From: Heptranchias perlo
Lineage: Eukaryota
DNA: 64,000 nucleotides
Assembly (NCBI RefSeq): GCF_035084215.1
Contig: NC_090344.1
Location: 52,948,001 to 53,012,000 of the forward strand
Direction of reading: 5' to 3'
Of this stretch, positions 21,940-35,844 are shown piece after piece (within the stretch, counting starts at the first letter, position 1; each line of letters starts with the position of its first letter). The notes below the pieces were generated by a model, which searched no databases, was not told the DNA's origin, and saw only the letters and a program-made list of their open reading frames with translations. The position numbers were made by a program, and so were the translations under genes.

Positions 21940-23122
21940 AGAGGATTGCAAATGTTACACCCTTGTTCAAAAAAGATGTTAAGGATAAACCCTGCAACCA
22001 CAGGCCAGTCAGTTTAACCTCGGTGGTGGGGAAGCTTTTAGAAACGATAGTCCGGGTTAAAATTAATTGTCACTTGGACAAGTGTGGATTAATAAAGGAA
22101 CGCCAGCACGGATTTGTTAAAAGCATATCGTGTTTGCCCTCAAAAAACTCAATCAAGTTAGTCAATGTGTTTGATGTTGTGTATATGGACTTTCAAAAGG
22201 GGTTTAATAAAGTGCCACATAATAGGCTTGTCAGCAAAATTGAAGCCCGTGAAATAAAAGGGGCAGTGACAACATGGATATGAAATTGGCTAAATGACAG
22301 GAAGCAGAGAGTAGTGGTGAACGGTTGTTTTTCGGACTGGAGGGAGGTGTACAGTGGTGTTCCCCAGGGCTCGGTTCTAGGACCACTGCTTTTCTTGTTA
22401 TATGTTAATGACTTGGACTTGGGTGTGCAGGCACAATTTCAAAATTTGCAGTCGTCATAAAACTTGGAAGTGTAGTAAACAGTGAGGCGAAAAGTGATAG
22501 ACTTCAAGAGGATATAGACAGGCTGGTGGCATGGGCGAACACGTGGCAGATGAAATTTTATGCAGAGATGTGCAAAGTGATACATTTTGGCAGGAAGAAC
22601 AAGGAGAGGCAATATAAACTAAAAGGTATAACTCCAAAGGGGATGCGGGAACAGTGAGACCTGGGGGTTTATGGGCACAAATCTTAGAAGGTGGCAGGAC
22701 AGGTTGAGAAAAGGGTTAAAAAAGCATATGGCATCCTGGGCTTTATAAATAGAGCCATAGAGTATAAAAGCAAGGAAGTTATGTTGAATCTTTATAAAAC
22801 ACTGGTTCGGCTACAGCTGGAGTACTGTGTCCAATTCTGGGCACCGCACTTTTGGAAGGATGTGAAGGCCTTAGAGAGGGTGCAGAAGAGATTTAGTAGA
22901 ATGGTTCTAGGGATGAGGGACTTTAGTTATGTGCAGAGACTGAAGAAGCTGGGATTGTTCACCTTAGAGCAGAGAAGGTTGAAAGGAGATTTGATAGAAG
23001 TGTTCAAAATCATGAAAGGTTTAGATAAAGTAAATAAAGAGAAACTGTTCCCATTAGAGCCGGCACGGGCTCAAGGGCCGAATGGCCTCCTTCTGTGCTG
23101 TAACCATTTTATGATTCTATGA
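21940..23122 (+). mobile_element. Degenerate CR1 ORF2 3' portion
   Basis: RPVSLTSVVGK, QHGF, LEYCVQFWAP motifs; atgattctatga tail. Confidence 0.9.
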
Positions 23123-23814
23123 TCCTACAATGTTCCAGCCTTGGTGAAAATGAATTAGTATGGGAATGGTGCAATGAGTCTGGATTTGAACACTGAAATA
23201 GGGGGAGGAGGAAGAACCTGTAGGACAGCATATTTGGAATTTAGGAGGAACAGGAGAGGAAATTGGCTGAAAATTTTCGCCATCTTTGCAACTTTCACTG
23301 CCAAGAAAAATATCAAAAGTGACATTGTGATGTGAGAATGTCATTTTAGAACAATCTCAAGTTTTCATCCCAATTACAGTGAGCCATTATTTATTTTGTT
23401 TCTACTACATACAGAAAGGATGATTTCAAGTGTTTAGTTTATTGCCTCTTAAGAATAATCTGCCTCATTCAGTGAGCCCAGCTGTGGGAGAAATTGGGTC
23501 GTGTGTTGAAGGCACTTGCTGAATAAGGTTGCTATTGTAAGGAGCTGTGCCACGCTGCGCCTGGGTTGGTATCAGGACTCTGGGCTCATGGACACTTTGT
23601 AATTAGATTCAAAGGCCTGTGATAGAATGTACGCACAACGTGTCATATGCAGCATCACAGATCAGATTACCTTTCTACCTTTTATAAACAGTATCTAGAA
23701 CTACTGAGACCTCTTTACGTACAACAGAAAACAAAATATATATCTTTATATCAAAATCTTGCCAGTACCAAATGTTTTGTCCATTGCACTTCAGGCATCA
23801 AACTTCAGCTGTCA

Positions 23815-24060
23815 CGCTCTCCCCCTCTCTCCCCTCTTCCCCTCCCCGTCTCTCCCATCCCCCCTTTCCCCCACTCGCCCCTATTCTCCCCTCTCTCCCT
23901 TCTTCCCCTCTCCCTTCTTCCCCTCTCCCCGCTTCCCCTCTCCCCGCCTCCACCCCCCCCCCGAACCTCCCCCTCCCCCCCACGCCTCCCCCTCCCCCCC
24001 ACGCCTCCCCCCTCTCCCCCTCCCCCCCTCTCCCCTGTACCCCCCTCCACCTCTTCCCCA
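23815..24060. repeat. C-rich low-complexity tract upstream of LGI3
   Basis: Runs of cccc separated by t/ct; G-runs on the - strand. Confidence 0.9.
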
Positions 24061-24700
24061 CTTAGTATCAGACGAGAGCGAATCGCGGTGTCACATGGGA
24101 ATGAATCACAGTATCACCCGCGAGTCAGCGGTTCCCTTCGAGTTGCTCTTTAATCAGTACAGATTCTGTACCAGACTCTTCTAGTATAACAGTTCCAAGG
24201 GTAAGGTTGTTCCATCAGAAAGGAGTTTGTTTTTGAAGCAGGTGCGTGATTGGTAACGTCTGCCTGTGTTGTCAGAGCTGCGATTTGTGAGCTGTTATTT
24301 TGCAGATGACCCCAGTCTGTGTAACAGAGGTTCTGTACTGTCCAGCACCAGACACATGACTTTACTTACTTAACAATTTATCCTATTGAGTGGCTGACAT
24401 CAACAAAAAGCCTCCATCATTTCATTTTCCTTTCTCTTTTGGCCAACAGTGTCAGATATGTGAGCCATTCTCAGAAGGGAGAGATGTAGTGTTAAAATCT
24501 CCGGACACAGCTTGTAAGGAAGGCATTGTTATTCAGGAGGATTTGACAACTGAAATCACGGTGGCCACGTCTGAATGTTAAGTGAATCATCGCCATTGAT
24601 GCAGTGCCTGCCTCAAAGCCTGCCCTGCCAGTCAGGAACCTCAAATAATCTGTATTAAAGGATTAGACAGCTTTCTTTAGTGAGACAGCAGCTTCCCAGG

Positions 24701-24909
24701 ATGAAGGAGCCTGAGAGCAGCATCTCCAAGCAATCGGCTCCGACAGCCATGTCTCTGCTTTGGATCCTCTGCCTGTGTCTCTTGGTGGAATCAAAGAAGT
24801 GGCCCAAAGACTCCAAATGTCCAGCCTCGTGCTCCTGCACCAAAGACAGTGCATTCTGCGTGGCCTCCAAATCCATCCCGCAAACTTTGGCCGAGGACAT
24901 GATCTCCTT
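24701..24909 (+). CDS. LGI3: LGI3 exon 1 (signal peptide + LRRNT); alternative start ATG at 24749
   Basis: MSLLWILCLCLLVES..CPASCSCTKDSAFCVASKSIP..ISL, phase-2 donor TT|gtaagt at 24910. Confidence 0.88.
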
Positions 24910-25756
24910 GTAAGTAGAGCGGAAGTTGATGGTGAGATAGGTTGGGGCTAATGAAACAGAGGGACACTGGCATAATTTCACCACAATCTACTTCATCATT
25001 CAAATTTAAATCTCTTATTCATAATGTTAAACAATATTCCTTTTATTCAGGACTTTTTCTCCCCAAGTTCATTTCCTCCTGTCCTGGAGGCGCTGACTCT
25101 CACTGGGCAGGGCCAATGCTCATCTCTCACGTGTCAGCTTGGACAGTGAGTGATGGCAGCTGGTTGACTGTGGGAAGCATCACAGCTAAGCTCAATTCTG
25201 CCCTCACCTGATCTACACTCACAGGATAGGGACCGAGAACAGGAAGCCTGGCTGAATGTTCCAGGGGCTTGGAGTGAAATCAGAAACATTAACAAATTGC
25301 ATAACAATTACTGCAGAAAATTGAATCAAAAATTGAAAAAGAATCTCTTTTTTGTTTGTTTTTTGATTAAGGAATGTTCTCACAACACTCAAGATTAATA
25401 TTAACTCTTTTACTGTTCGTTCAGAAATCTGTATCCGTATTTTATAAAATAGTATTTTCTGTTGTAATCAAACATTTCTTGCTTGTTCACATAAATAAAA
25501 CTGGGAGTTTTATTTTCATTATTGAGAAGCCTAGGTGAAGGGCCAAGGACCACGGTGCAAGTTGGAGAAGGGTGAGGAGAGAAGGTAAATCAAGCAATCC
25601 TGCTTGGGGGATAGCAAGGTTGGGTTTTATTAGTGTGAGATGGCAGCCTTCAAGACACTGTTTATCAGAATGTGGTGTTATAGTTGAGAAGAAAGCCCAT
25701 CGTAATGGCTACTAGAGAATATAGATTGAATCATTTAATGATACTCTTTTTTTTGC

Positions 25757-26470
25757 AGGACTGGGTACAACACTCCTGTATATAAATTATATAATAACAC
25801 AACATGTGTTACCAGTTTTTAACACTCCTGTATATATTATATGGTAACACACTATGTGTTACTGGGTATAACACTCCTGTATATATTATATAATAACACA
25901 GCATGGATTACTGGATATAACACTCCTGTATATATTATAATAATACACCATGTATTACTGGGTATAACACTCCTGTATATATTATATAATAACACACCGT
26001 GTGTTACTGGGTATAACACTCCTGCATATGTTATATAATAACACACATGTATTACTGGGTATAACACTCCTGTATATATTATATAATAACACACCGTGTG
26101 TTACTGGGTATAACACTCCTGCATATGTTATATAATAACACACATGTATTACTGGGTATAACACTCCTGTATATATTATATAATAACATACCGTGTGTTA
26201 CCTGGTATAACACTCCTGTGTATATTATATAATAATACACCGTGTGTTAGGGGGTATAACACTCCTATATATTTATGTATATTATATAACACACCGTGTG
26301 TTACAGCATATATTATATAATAATACACCATGTGTTACGGAGTATCACACTCGTGTATATTACATAATAATATACTGTGTGTTACAGGTTTAACACTCTT
26401 GTGTATTTATGTATATTATATAATACACCGTGTGTTACCGGGTATGACACTCCTGTGTGTATATATATTA
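25757..26470. repeat. AT-rich ~47-52 bp minisatellite, ~14 copies
   Basis: Unit ~actgggtataacactcctgtatatattatataataacacaccgtgtgtt. Confidence 0.92.
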
Positions 26471-27350
26471 TCATAGAATGGTTACAGCACGGGAGGAGGC
26501 CATTCGGCCCGTCGAGTCCGTGAACCAGCCTGTCTATGTCCTCTTGAAGTCTATCACTATCCTCCTCACTGTTAGCTACACTTCCAAGTTCTATGTCATC
26601 TCCAAGTTTTGAAATTGTACACCCAAGTCTAAGTCGTTAATTTATATCAAGAAAAAAGGTGGTCCCAGCACTGACCCCTGGGGAACACCACTGTACACCT
26701 CCCTCCAGTCCGAAAAACAACCGTTCACCACTACTCTCTGTTTCTTGTCACTGAGCCAATTTCGTATCCATGCTGCCACTGTCCCTTTTATTCCATGGGC
26801 TTCAACTTTGATGACAAGCCTATTATGCGGCACTTTATCAAACACCTTTTGGAAGTCCGCATACACCACATCAACCGCATTGCCCTCATCGACCCTCTCT
26901 GTTACCTCATCAAAAAACTCAATCAAATTAGTTAAACACTCTTTGCCTTTAACAAATCTGTGCTGGCTTTCCTTTATTAATCCACACCTGTCCAAGTGAC
27001 TATTAATTTTGTCCTGGATTATCGTTTCTAAAAGTTTCCCCACCACCGAGGTTAAACTGACTGGCCTGTAATTGCTGGGTTTATCCTTACGCCCTTTTTT
27101 GAACAAGGGTGTAACATTTGCAATTCTCCAGTCCTCTGGCAACACCCCAATATCTAAGGATGATTGGAAGATAATGGCCAGCACCTCTGCAATTTCCACC
27201 GTTCCCTCAGCAACCTAGGATGCATCCCATCCAGACAGATGCAAAGTACTCATTTAGTACTACAGCCATGCCCTCTGCCTCAATGCTTAGGTCTCCTTTT
27301 TGGTCCCTAATTGGTCCCACCCCTCATCTTACTACCCGTTTACTGTTTAT
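26471..27350 (-). mobile_element. CR1 ORF2 fragments with internal deletions
   Basis: ORF 26642..27199: [35 protein letters not shown]. Confidence 0.9.
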
Positions 27351-27899
27351 ATACAAACTAAAATAATAGTCCCATTGTTGCTAATCTACAGGTGTCACAG
27401 ACACAGAGCCACTGTGAGAGCCCTGAAATCCAGATAATAAACATACAGTATATCCCAGCCTTACACCATTCGCTGGGACAGTGCCAGGCCTGTGGATGGG
27501 TATTCAGTAATCCATGGACTGGATTCTACCAGAAGAGACTCGAACATGAAGATAATGATCTCATCCCAGAAACCTTACCTTTAACACCCAATCATTTAAT
27601 GACAAAACGACAAAAGTTCATCCAGCCCTACAGTTCAGCCAATCGTTCACTGACAAATTTAAATGCACCAAGTGATCTTTCTCATTGTCATTTCTCAATC
27701 CGACAACAGCATTCCAGAGTTTGAGCCAAATTTTTGTGTATATGGCTCATTCTGTTCTGTATTCATGTCAAGCAGCTCCATTGCCCTCACAAATTGTCTG
27801 ATGAGATTCTTCACCGTTTTTTTACGCAAGCAAGCCTGCAGTGATGAGAGAAGCAAATCGCATTGCATGCTTTAAAAAATCTGGAATTTGTATCTGTAT

Positions 27900-28365
27900 C
27901 TGATACAGGGGCTAATAGGGTTAAATTAAGAGGGCAGGTTGATTAGACTAGGCTTGTATCCCTTTGAATATAGGAGATTAAGGGGTGATCAAATTGAGGT
28001 GTTTAAGATGATTAAAGGAGTTGATAGGGTAGATCGAGAGAAACTATTTCTTCTGGTGGGGGATTCCAGAACAAGGGGGGATAACCTTAAAATTAGAGCT
28101 AGGCCGTTCAGGGGTGATGTCAGGAAGCACTTCTTCACACAAAGGGGAGTGGAAATCTGGAACACTTTCCCCCAAAAAGCTGTTGGGGCTGGGGGACAAT
28201 TGAAAATTTCAAAATTGAGATTGATAGATTTTTGTTAGGCAATGGTATTTAGGGTAACGGAACCAAGGTGGATAGATGGAGTTAAGATACAGATCAGCCA
28301 TGATCTAATTGATTGGTGGAACAGGCTCAGGGGCTGAATGGCGTCCTCCTGTTCCTATGTTCTCC
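27900..28365 (+). mobile_element. CR1 3' fragment
   Basis: RRLRGDQIEVFK..FFTQR; ctcctgttcctatgttc tail. Confidence 0.85.
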
Positions 28366-28496
28366 TGGTATCTCATATATGAATGAAAGCTTAGCACAGT
28401 GAAAAAACAACCTGCTCAAGAAATGATTCCACAGGACATGGGTGGAGGACGAGGCTAGACGTTGCCATTCACCTCAGGTTCAAACCAGCCCCGGCT

Positions 28497-28897
28497 GTCC
28501 GGGGAGTGTTTGATGGGACAGTGTAGAGGGAGCTTTACTCTGTTTCTAACCCGTGCTGTACCTGCCCTGGGAGTGTTTGATGGGACAGTGTGGAGGGAGC
28601 TTTACTCTGTATCTAACCCGTGCTGTACCTGCCCTGGGAGTGTTTGATGGGACAGTGTAGAAGAAGCTTTATTCTGTATCTAACCTGTGCTGTACCTGCC
28701 CTGGGAATGTTTGATGGAACAGCGTAAAAGAGGCTTTACTCTGTATCTAATCCTTGCTGTACCTGTCCTGGGAGTGTTTGATGGGACAGTATGGAGGGAG
28801 CTTTACTCTGTATCTAACCTGTGCTGTACTTTCCCTGGGAGTGTTTGATGGGACAGTGTAGAAGAAGCTTTACTCGATATCTAACCCATGCTGTATC
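28497..28897. repeat. Six-unit array of the 67-bp satellite in LGI3 intron 1
   Basis: Same unit and orientation as 55465-64000. Confidence 0.95.
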
Positions 28898-28904
28898 AGA
28901 GGAC

Positions 28905-29110
28905 CAGATAATCTGTATTAGTGATGTTGGTTGAGGGATCAATATTGGCCAAGTCACCTTATACAAAAGATGGCACCTCTGGCAGCATATCAGTCCCTCA
29001 GTATTGCATTGAAGTATTAGCCTAGATTATGTGCTCATGTACCTGGAATTGGGCTTGAACCTACGACCTTAAGACTGCGAGAGTGCTACCACTAAGCCAA
29101 GACTGAGACC
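28905..29110 (-). mobile_element. Degenerate DeuSINE
   Basis: Similar to 6240-6475, with the reverse tRNA head (gggcttgaacc..gagagtgctaccactaagcc). Confidence 0.65.
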
Positions 29111-29245
29111 TTTAAAATTCATGCCTCTTTCTTTTGCAGATGGTTCTACAAGTAAAATTATATTATGTGTCGAAAAAATAGTTTTCATTATTAAGTTATA
29201 TTAGGATATTAATTATTCAACGATTTTGTCTTTTTATTCTTCCAG

Positions 29246-29317
29246 GACATTTGTAAATGCGAAATTCAGACAAATTCCTGAACGTGCCTTTTCCCACCTT
29301 CCAACTCTACAATTCCT
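29246..29317 (+). CDS. LGI3: LGI3 exon 2 (72-bp LRR exon)
   Basis: ttccAG|..|GTaagt; reads (L)TFVNAKFRQIPERAFSHLPTLQF(L), resembling LGI3 [25 protein letters not shown]. Confidence 0.93.
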
Positions 29318-29851
29318 GTAAGTACATATGACAGAATGGGGAAATCTTTGTTTTTTACTTCACGCACACCCGAATTTTGCCTTTCTGGATCACATACAAA
29401 ATATTAAATGTCCCCATTTATCTGTACATACCACAAGCTGGGAATACTAACTGTTCTTGGTGTTCTGAATTGGGATTTGTCACATCAATGAAGCAACAAT
29501 TCTAAGAACAGCCCTTTCCAAATCTCCAGTCCTCAAAATCCAAACCGTGAAAAGCAGCAAGTAAATCGGATTGATTTGCCTGGGCCAGATTGGCAGGGCT
29601 CTGGACTGTGCGTAGCCCTAAACCACACGTTGGACACCCTTGGTGTAAGGGATCTGGAAATTACTCAGGATCTGGGGCTTTGGTCGAGCTGGACAAACAA
29701 TAAACCAGACAATGTGTGAGTACCTGCCCGTCAGCATTCTACTCCATAGTTCAGAACATTGTGCATTTATGACCTTGGATGATTAACAATTGAAAAACAG
29801 GAGGGAATTTCTGAATCAATGAACTTGTAAATACATGTAGTGACTTGTCTC

Positions 29852-30086
29852 CAGGAACACAAAGGATGGTAGAAGTTTGGAACTCTCTTCCGCAAACAGC
29901 AATTGATACTAGCTCAATTGCTAATTTTAAATCTGAGATAAATAGCTTTTTGCCAACCAAAGGCATTAGGGGAAATGGGCCAAAGGCAGGTATATGGAGT
30001 TAGATCACAGATCAGCCATGATCTTATCAAATGGCGGAGTGGGCTCGAGGGGCTGAATGGCCTATTCCTGTTCCTATGTTCCTATG
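29852..30086 (+). mobile_element. CR1 3' fragment
   Basis: Near-identical to 42065-42298; ttcctatgttcctatg tail. Confidence 0.88.
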
Positions 30087-32194
30087 AACCCTGCTGGCCT
30101 AGATAGTACCCATCAACACCTAGATATGTTGTGACGTGTTTTTCCCACAAAGACAGAGGAACTCGTCTCTTTAGCTACCTGGAGTCACCTTTTCAATTTC
30201 ACAAAGTTTTGGTCAATCTAAAGATTCTTATGGAAAAGCTGTAATATTTTGATGGTTTAAACGTCATGGTTTGAGCAAGAAGAGCTTTGTTTCTATCTCA
30301 GAAGGCTGGTGTGTTTGAAGCTTAGGAGGAAAAAGAGGAAAGTTTAGAGATGAATTGACTATAGTACTATTGCTAAAACATTCCTCGACATCAACCATAG
30401 AAAATCAGCTCAAATTCCACCAATCCCTTCCTCACATCAACCATCTGTGTGTCCTCTCTTCAGACAGTGAATCTTGTGCCAATTTGTGTGAGCAGGTTTT
30501 TTCTGTGGGTTCATGCTCACAAGGAACTATACTGAGACTGTCCAAACTCATTTTACAGCCAGCAGACAGAAGATTTGTGAATTGAATTCTGCCCAAAGTC
30601 AAAATGACACTCTATAGGCGCCTCAGTGTCTACATTATGGATAGGGCAAGTGTTTGCCACAGCTAGATTTGTCAGTAATTGCAAGGCACTTGCAGGGGAA
30701 ATGGCTGAAACTGGAAGTTGTAGGGTATCTTCTTAGAGTCCCCATCAGTTTTTCCCCTCACCAGCAATGGTGTGAAAAGTGAAGGAAGGTTCCAGTTAGT
30801 CATTGTACAGACAGCAGTGCTGTTTAAAATTGAAGGTTCAATGAAAATGCTGGGAAGTGGAGATCTTGCCAACTGTATGAGCAGCTGTTCTCGTAATCAA
30901 CCTCCTTCACTCTTCAACGGGACGAGGGAGGCAGAATGCTGGCCAGTAAAATCATATCTATCTCTGCTAATTACAATGAAAGTGGCAGTGAGTAGAGAAA
31001 CTGACGAGGAAAGTTGCACGATATGGTGAAAACCAGAAGACCTTGCACAGAAGGTTGTTTCACAACAAATCTCTTAACTTCCCAGTCATTCAATATAATT
31101 AAGGTAAGGCTATGGAATTCAACATTAGATTTTTGCTGATGGTCATAAATTGCTGTTATAGTAGATGACGTTATCAGAAGTACTCAGCTGGTTACTTCAG
31201 TAGATCAATGCCAGATATCTATTATCTTACATTTGCTTTTTCTTGAATCTTTAGTGAAAATGGAGCTCCCCGGGTTGGTAAAGTGCAATGGTGGGAGTCA
31301 CAACCTGCCATGTAAAATACTTACTTGTTTCCCTTTTTACTTTCTCTCTCCTCTCTCATTTTTCTAGCTTGTTTTTGTTACCTTATTTGTCTCTCTCCCA
31401 TTATCTCTGCAGATTGCAAAAGAGTCACTATCATTGCTTACCCATACTGCTCATCAAGAGTGAGGCTACTCCATCACCTAGAATGATTAGGGAGCAATTT
31501 GACTATCATGAAGGAACTTAAGTAAATGCCCAGTTTCATGGAGGCACAGTTCACCCCTTTGCGGGAGTGAAACTCCTGTAATAACAATGGTAATAGAGCC
31601 TTTTCACTCTCACTGAGCGACGTGGATAAGCTGTGCCTCCATTCATATGCAATTGATTCCTTCTCAACCTTACAGTAGCATACTGCACCGGTCTTAGATA
31701 TCCGGCCACATTAAAATATGACTACACTTAATGAACTGCTAATAGTTATGGCTGAATAAAGGTATAATAGGATCCTGCTCAAAATGAACAGTCTCTCTCT
31801 CACTATCGATAACCTTAAAAAAAACTTTATTCTATTTAATTTTAACATCTCTTTGGCTGGGACCATTTTTTACAGAAAGAGAAACTTGGATTTATGCAGC
31901 AGCTTATTACATCTCTGGGAAACGTCTGAAAGTGATTCACATACCCTGAATTACAATGAGCGCAATGACTGCTGTTATGTAGGGAAAGACAGCCTGCATT
32001 TTGTTCACAGTAAGAATCTTAGAGCCGAAGTTCAGAGTGCCTGCCACAGTCGGTTTGGGGTCCTGGCAAAGAATGAGTTAGAGTAAGAGATGGTGTGATC
32101 AATCCTGATTTCAACACAGTAAGGATGCAGGAAGGAGGAAGAAAGTGTGTAATTAGAGCTTAGGAGGAAGAAGAGTGTAAACTAGGCAGCACTG

Positions 32195-35100
32195 ATCACA
32201 GTAATGTCAATCAGTACCAACGACATAGGTAGAAAGAGGAATGAGGTCCTGCAGGAAGATTTTAAGGAGTTAGGAAAGAGAATAAGAAGCAGGACCTCAA
32301 AGGTAGTAATCTCCGGATTACTCCCAGTGCCACGCGATAGTGAGTATAGAAATAAGAGTAAACAATTTTACAACACCAAGTTATAGTCCAGCAATTTTAT
32401 TTTAAATTCACAAGCTTTCGGAGGCTTCCTCCTTCCTCAGGTGAACGATGTGAAAATGAAAACCTCAAAATAAGAGGATAGAGCAGATGAATGCGTGGCT
32501 GGAGAGATGGTGCAGGAGGGAGGGCTTTAGATTCGTGGGGCACTGGGAATGGTTCTGGGGGAGGTGTACAAGCCAGATGGGTTGTACCTCAACAGGGCCG
32601 GGACCAATATCCTTGTGGGGAGGTTTGCTAGTGCTGTTGGGGAGGGTTTAAACTAGCTTGGGGGATGGGAACCTGAGTGTAGATTCAGATGGGACAGAAT
32701 CAGAACTGGAGAAAGAAGGCAGAAAATTAGTAAGTGTCTTAGGAAGACAGAGGAAACAAAGGTTAGAAAATAAACAGCAAGGGGGTTTGGCAGTGCTTAA
32801 TGGTATTTACCTCAATGCAAGGAGTATAGTGAATAAGGCAGATGAGCTGAGGGCACAGATAGACACGTGGCAGTACGATATCTTAGCTATTACAGAAACA
32901 ATGCTTAAAGAGGGGCAGGAATGACAGCTCAACGTTCCTGGTTACAGGGTTTTCAGATGAGATAGAGAAGGGGATAAAAAAGAAAGGGGGGTGGCAATTT
33001 TGGTTAAAGAAACAATTGCAGCTGTGAGGAGGATGATATGTTAGAAGGGTCATCAAATGAGGCCATATGGGTTGAACTAAGGAACAAAAAAGGGGCAGTC
33101 ACATTACAGGGAGTGTACTATAGACCCCCAAACAGCCAGAGGGAGATAGAAGAGCAAATATGTAGGCAAATTTCTGAGAAGTGCAAAAACAGTAGGGCAG
33201 TAATAGTAGGGGATTTCAACTACCCTAATATTAACTGGGACACAAACAGTGTGAATGATATAGAGGGCGCAGAAATCTTCAATTGCATTCAGGTGAACTT
33301 TTTTAGCCAGTACGTAGCAAGCCCAACAAGAGAGGGGGCAGTTCTGGATTTAGTTTTAGGAAATGAGGCTGGGCAGGTGGAAGGAGTGTCAGTGGGAGAG
33401 CATTTTGGTGGTAGCGATCATAATTCAGTTAGTTTTAGCATAGATATGGAAAAGGACAAAGATAGAACAGGAGTTAAAGTTCTCAATTGAGGAAAGGCCA
33501 ATTTTACTAAGCTAAAAAGTGGACTAGAAACAGCGACTTGAAGGTAAATCGGTGTCAGAGCAGTGGGAGGCATTCAAAGGGGGAGATTCAAGGCGTGCAG
33601 AGTAAACATGTTCCCACAAAGAAAAAGGGTGGGGCTGCCAAATCTGGAGCCCCCCGGATGACAAGGAGCATTCAGGGTAAGATAAGGCGATAAAGGAAAG
33701 CTGATGTTAGACACCGAGAACTCAATACTACAGAAAGCCTAGAGGAGTATAGAAAGTGCAGGGGTGAAATTAAAAAGGAAAATAGGAAAGCAAAGAGAAG
33801 GCATGAAAAGATATTGGCAAGTAAAATTAAGGAACTCCCAAAGATGTTTTATAAATACATTAAGAGCAAGGGGATAACTAAGGGAAGAGTAGGGCCTATT
33901 AGAGACCAAAAAGGTAACCTGTGTGTGGAGGCGGAAGATGTAGGTATGGGTCTTAATGAATACTTTGCGTCTGTCTTCACAAAAGAGAGGGACGATGCAG
34001 ACATTGTAGTTAAGGAGGAGGAGTGTGAAATATTGGATGGGATAAACATAGTGAGAGAGGAAGTATTAAGGAGATTAGCATCTTTGAAAGTAGATAAATC
34101 ACCAGGCCCAGATGAAATGTATCCCAGGCTGTTAAAAGAAGCAAGGGAGGAAATAGCAGAGGCTCTGACCATCATTTTCCAATCCTCACTGGATACAGGC
34201 GTGGTTCCAGAGGATTGGAGGACTGCTAACATTGTACCATTGTTTAAAAAGGGAGGGAAGGATAGACCGAGTAATTACAGGCCAGTCAGTCTAACCTCGG
34301 TGGTGGGCAAATTATTGGAATCAATTCTGAGGGACAGGATAAACCGTCACTTAGAAAGGCACGGAGTAATCAAGGATAGTCAGCTTGGATTTGTTAAGGG
34401 GAGGTCGTGTCTGACAAACTTGAATTTTTTGAGAAGGTAACAAGGAGGGTCGATGAGGGTAGTGCATTTGATGTAGTTTAAATGGATTTTAGCAAGGCTT
34501 TTAACAAGGTCCCACATGGCAGACTGGGAAAAAAAATGTACAAGCCTGTGGGATCCAAGGGAGAGTGGCAAGTTGGATCCAAAATTGGCTCAGTGGCAGG
34601 AAGCAAAGGGTAATGATCAATGGTGTTTTTGTGACTGAAAGGCTGTTTCCAGTGGGGTTCCACAGGACTCAGTACTAGGTCCCTTGCTTTTTGTGATATA
34701 TATTAATGATTTCGGCTTAAATGTAGGGGGCATGATTAAGAAGTTTGCAGATGATACTAAAAATTGGCCATGTGGTTGATAGTGAGAAGCAAAACTGTAG
34801 ACTGCAGGAAGATATCAATGGACTGGTCAGGTGGGCAGAAAAGTGGCAAATGGAATTCAATCTGGAGAAGTGTGAGATAATGCATTTGGGGAGGGCAAAC
34901 AAGGCACGGGAATACACAATAAATGGGAGGATACTGAGAGGTGTAGAGGAAGTGAGGGACCTTGGAGTGCATGACCACAGATCCCTGAAGGTAGCAGATC
35001 AGGTAGATAAGGTGTTTCAGAAGGCATATGGAATGCTTTCCTTTATTAGCCGAGGCACAGGATATAAGAGCAGGGATGTTATGCTGGAACTGTATAAAAC

Positions 35101-35665
35101 ACTGGTTAGGCCACAACTTGAGTACTGCGTCCAGTTCTGGTCACCACATTACAGGAAGGATGTGATTGCACTAGAGAGGGTGCAGAGGAGATTTACAAGG
35201 ATGTTGCCAGGACTGGAGAATTTTAGCTATGATGACATTGGATAGGCTGGGGTTATTCTCTTTGGAACAGAGGAGGCTGAGGGGTGATTTAATTGAGATG
35301 TACAAAATTATGAGGGGCCGAGATAGAGCGGATAGGAAGGACCTATTTCCCTTAGCAGAGAGGTCAATAACCAGGGGGATTAGATTTAAAGTGATTGGTA
35401 GAAGGATTAGAGGGGAGTTGAGGAGAAATTTTTTCACCCAGAGGGTGGTGGGGGTCTGGAACTCACTGCCTGAAAGGGTGGGAGAGGCAGAAACCCTCAA
35501 CTCATTTAAAAAATACCTGGCTGTGCACCTGAAGTGCCGTAACCTACAGGGCTACAGACCAAGTGCTGGAAAGTGGGATTAGGCTGGGGGGCTCATTTTC
35601 AGCCGACGTGGACACGATGGGCCGAATGGCTGCCTTCTGTGCAGTAAATTTTCTATGATTCTATG
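32195..35665 (+). mobile_element. Long degenerate CR1 (end of ORF1 esterase + complete ORF2 span)
   Basis: TNDIG..VVISGLLPVP (ORF1); YLNARS, AITET, YYRPP, GDFNYP, SDH (APE); RT motifs; ttctatgattctatga tail; many stops and frameshifts. Confidence 0.93.
32360..32468 (-). mobile_element. Penelope pLTR fragment with hammerhead motif (32407-32445)
   Basis: Minus strand UUCAC-CUGAGGA-A-GGAGG-AAG-CCUCC-GAAA-GC-UU-GUGAA; aaataagag duplicated on both sides. Confidence 0.85.
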
Positions 35666-35844
35666 ACAACAGAGAAACAAGTAGGGTTGTGATAGAGAAA
35701 GGAAAAAACTGCATTTAGAGGTGAGAGAAGGTATTGATCAGATCACATGTTATCAGGCCCAGCAGTTTGAAGCAGACAAATTAACGTGGAGAAATTACCA
35801 CAAGACTCTGGATTGAAGATTTTTTTCTAATTTCTCTCCCACAG

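Noticed and set aside
23647-24184. Proline-rich ORFs
   Set aside because: Translations of a C-rich low-complexity tract
31585-31625. Possible LF-SINE-like remnant
   Set aside because: Similarity too short to support
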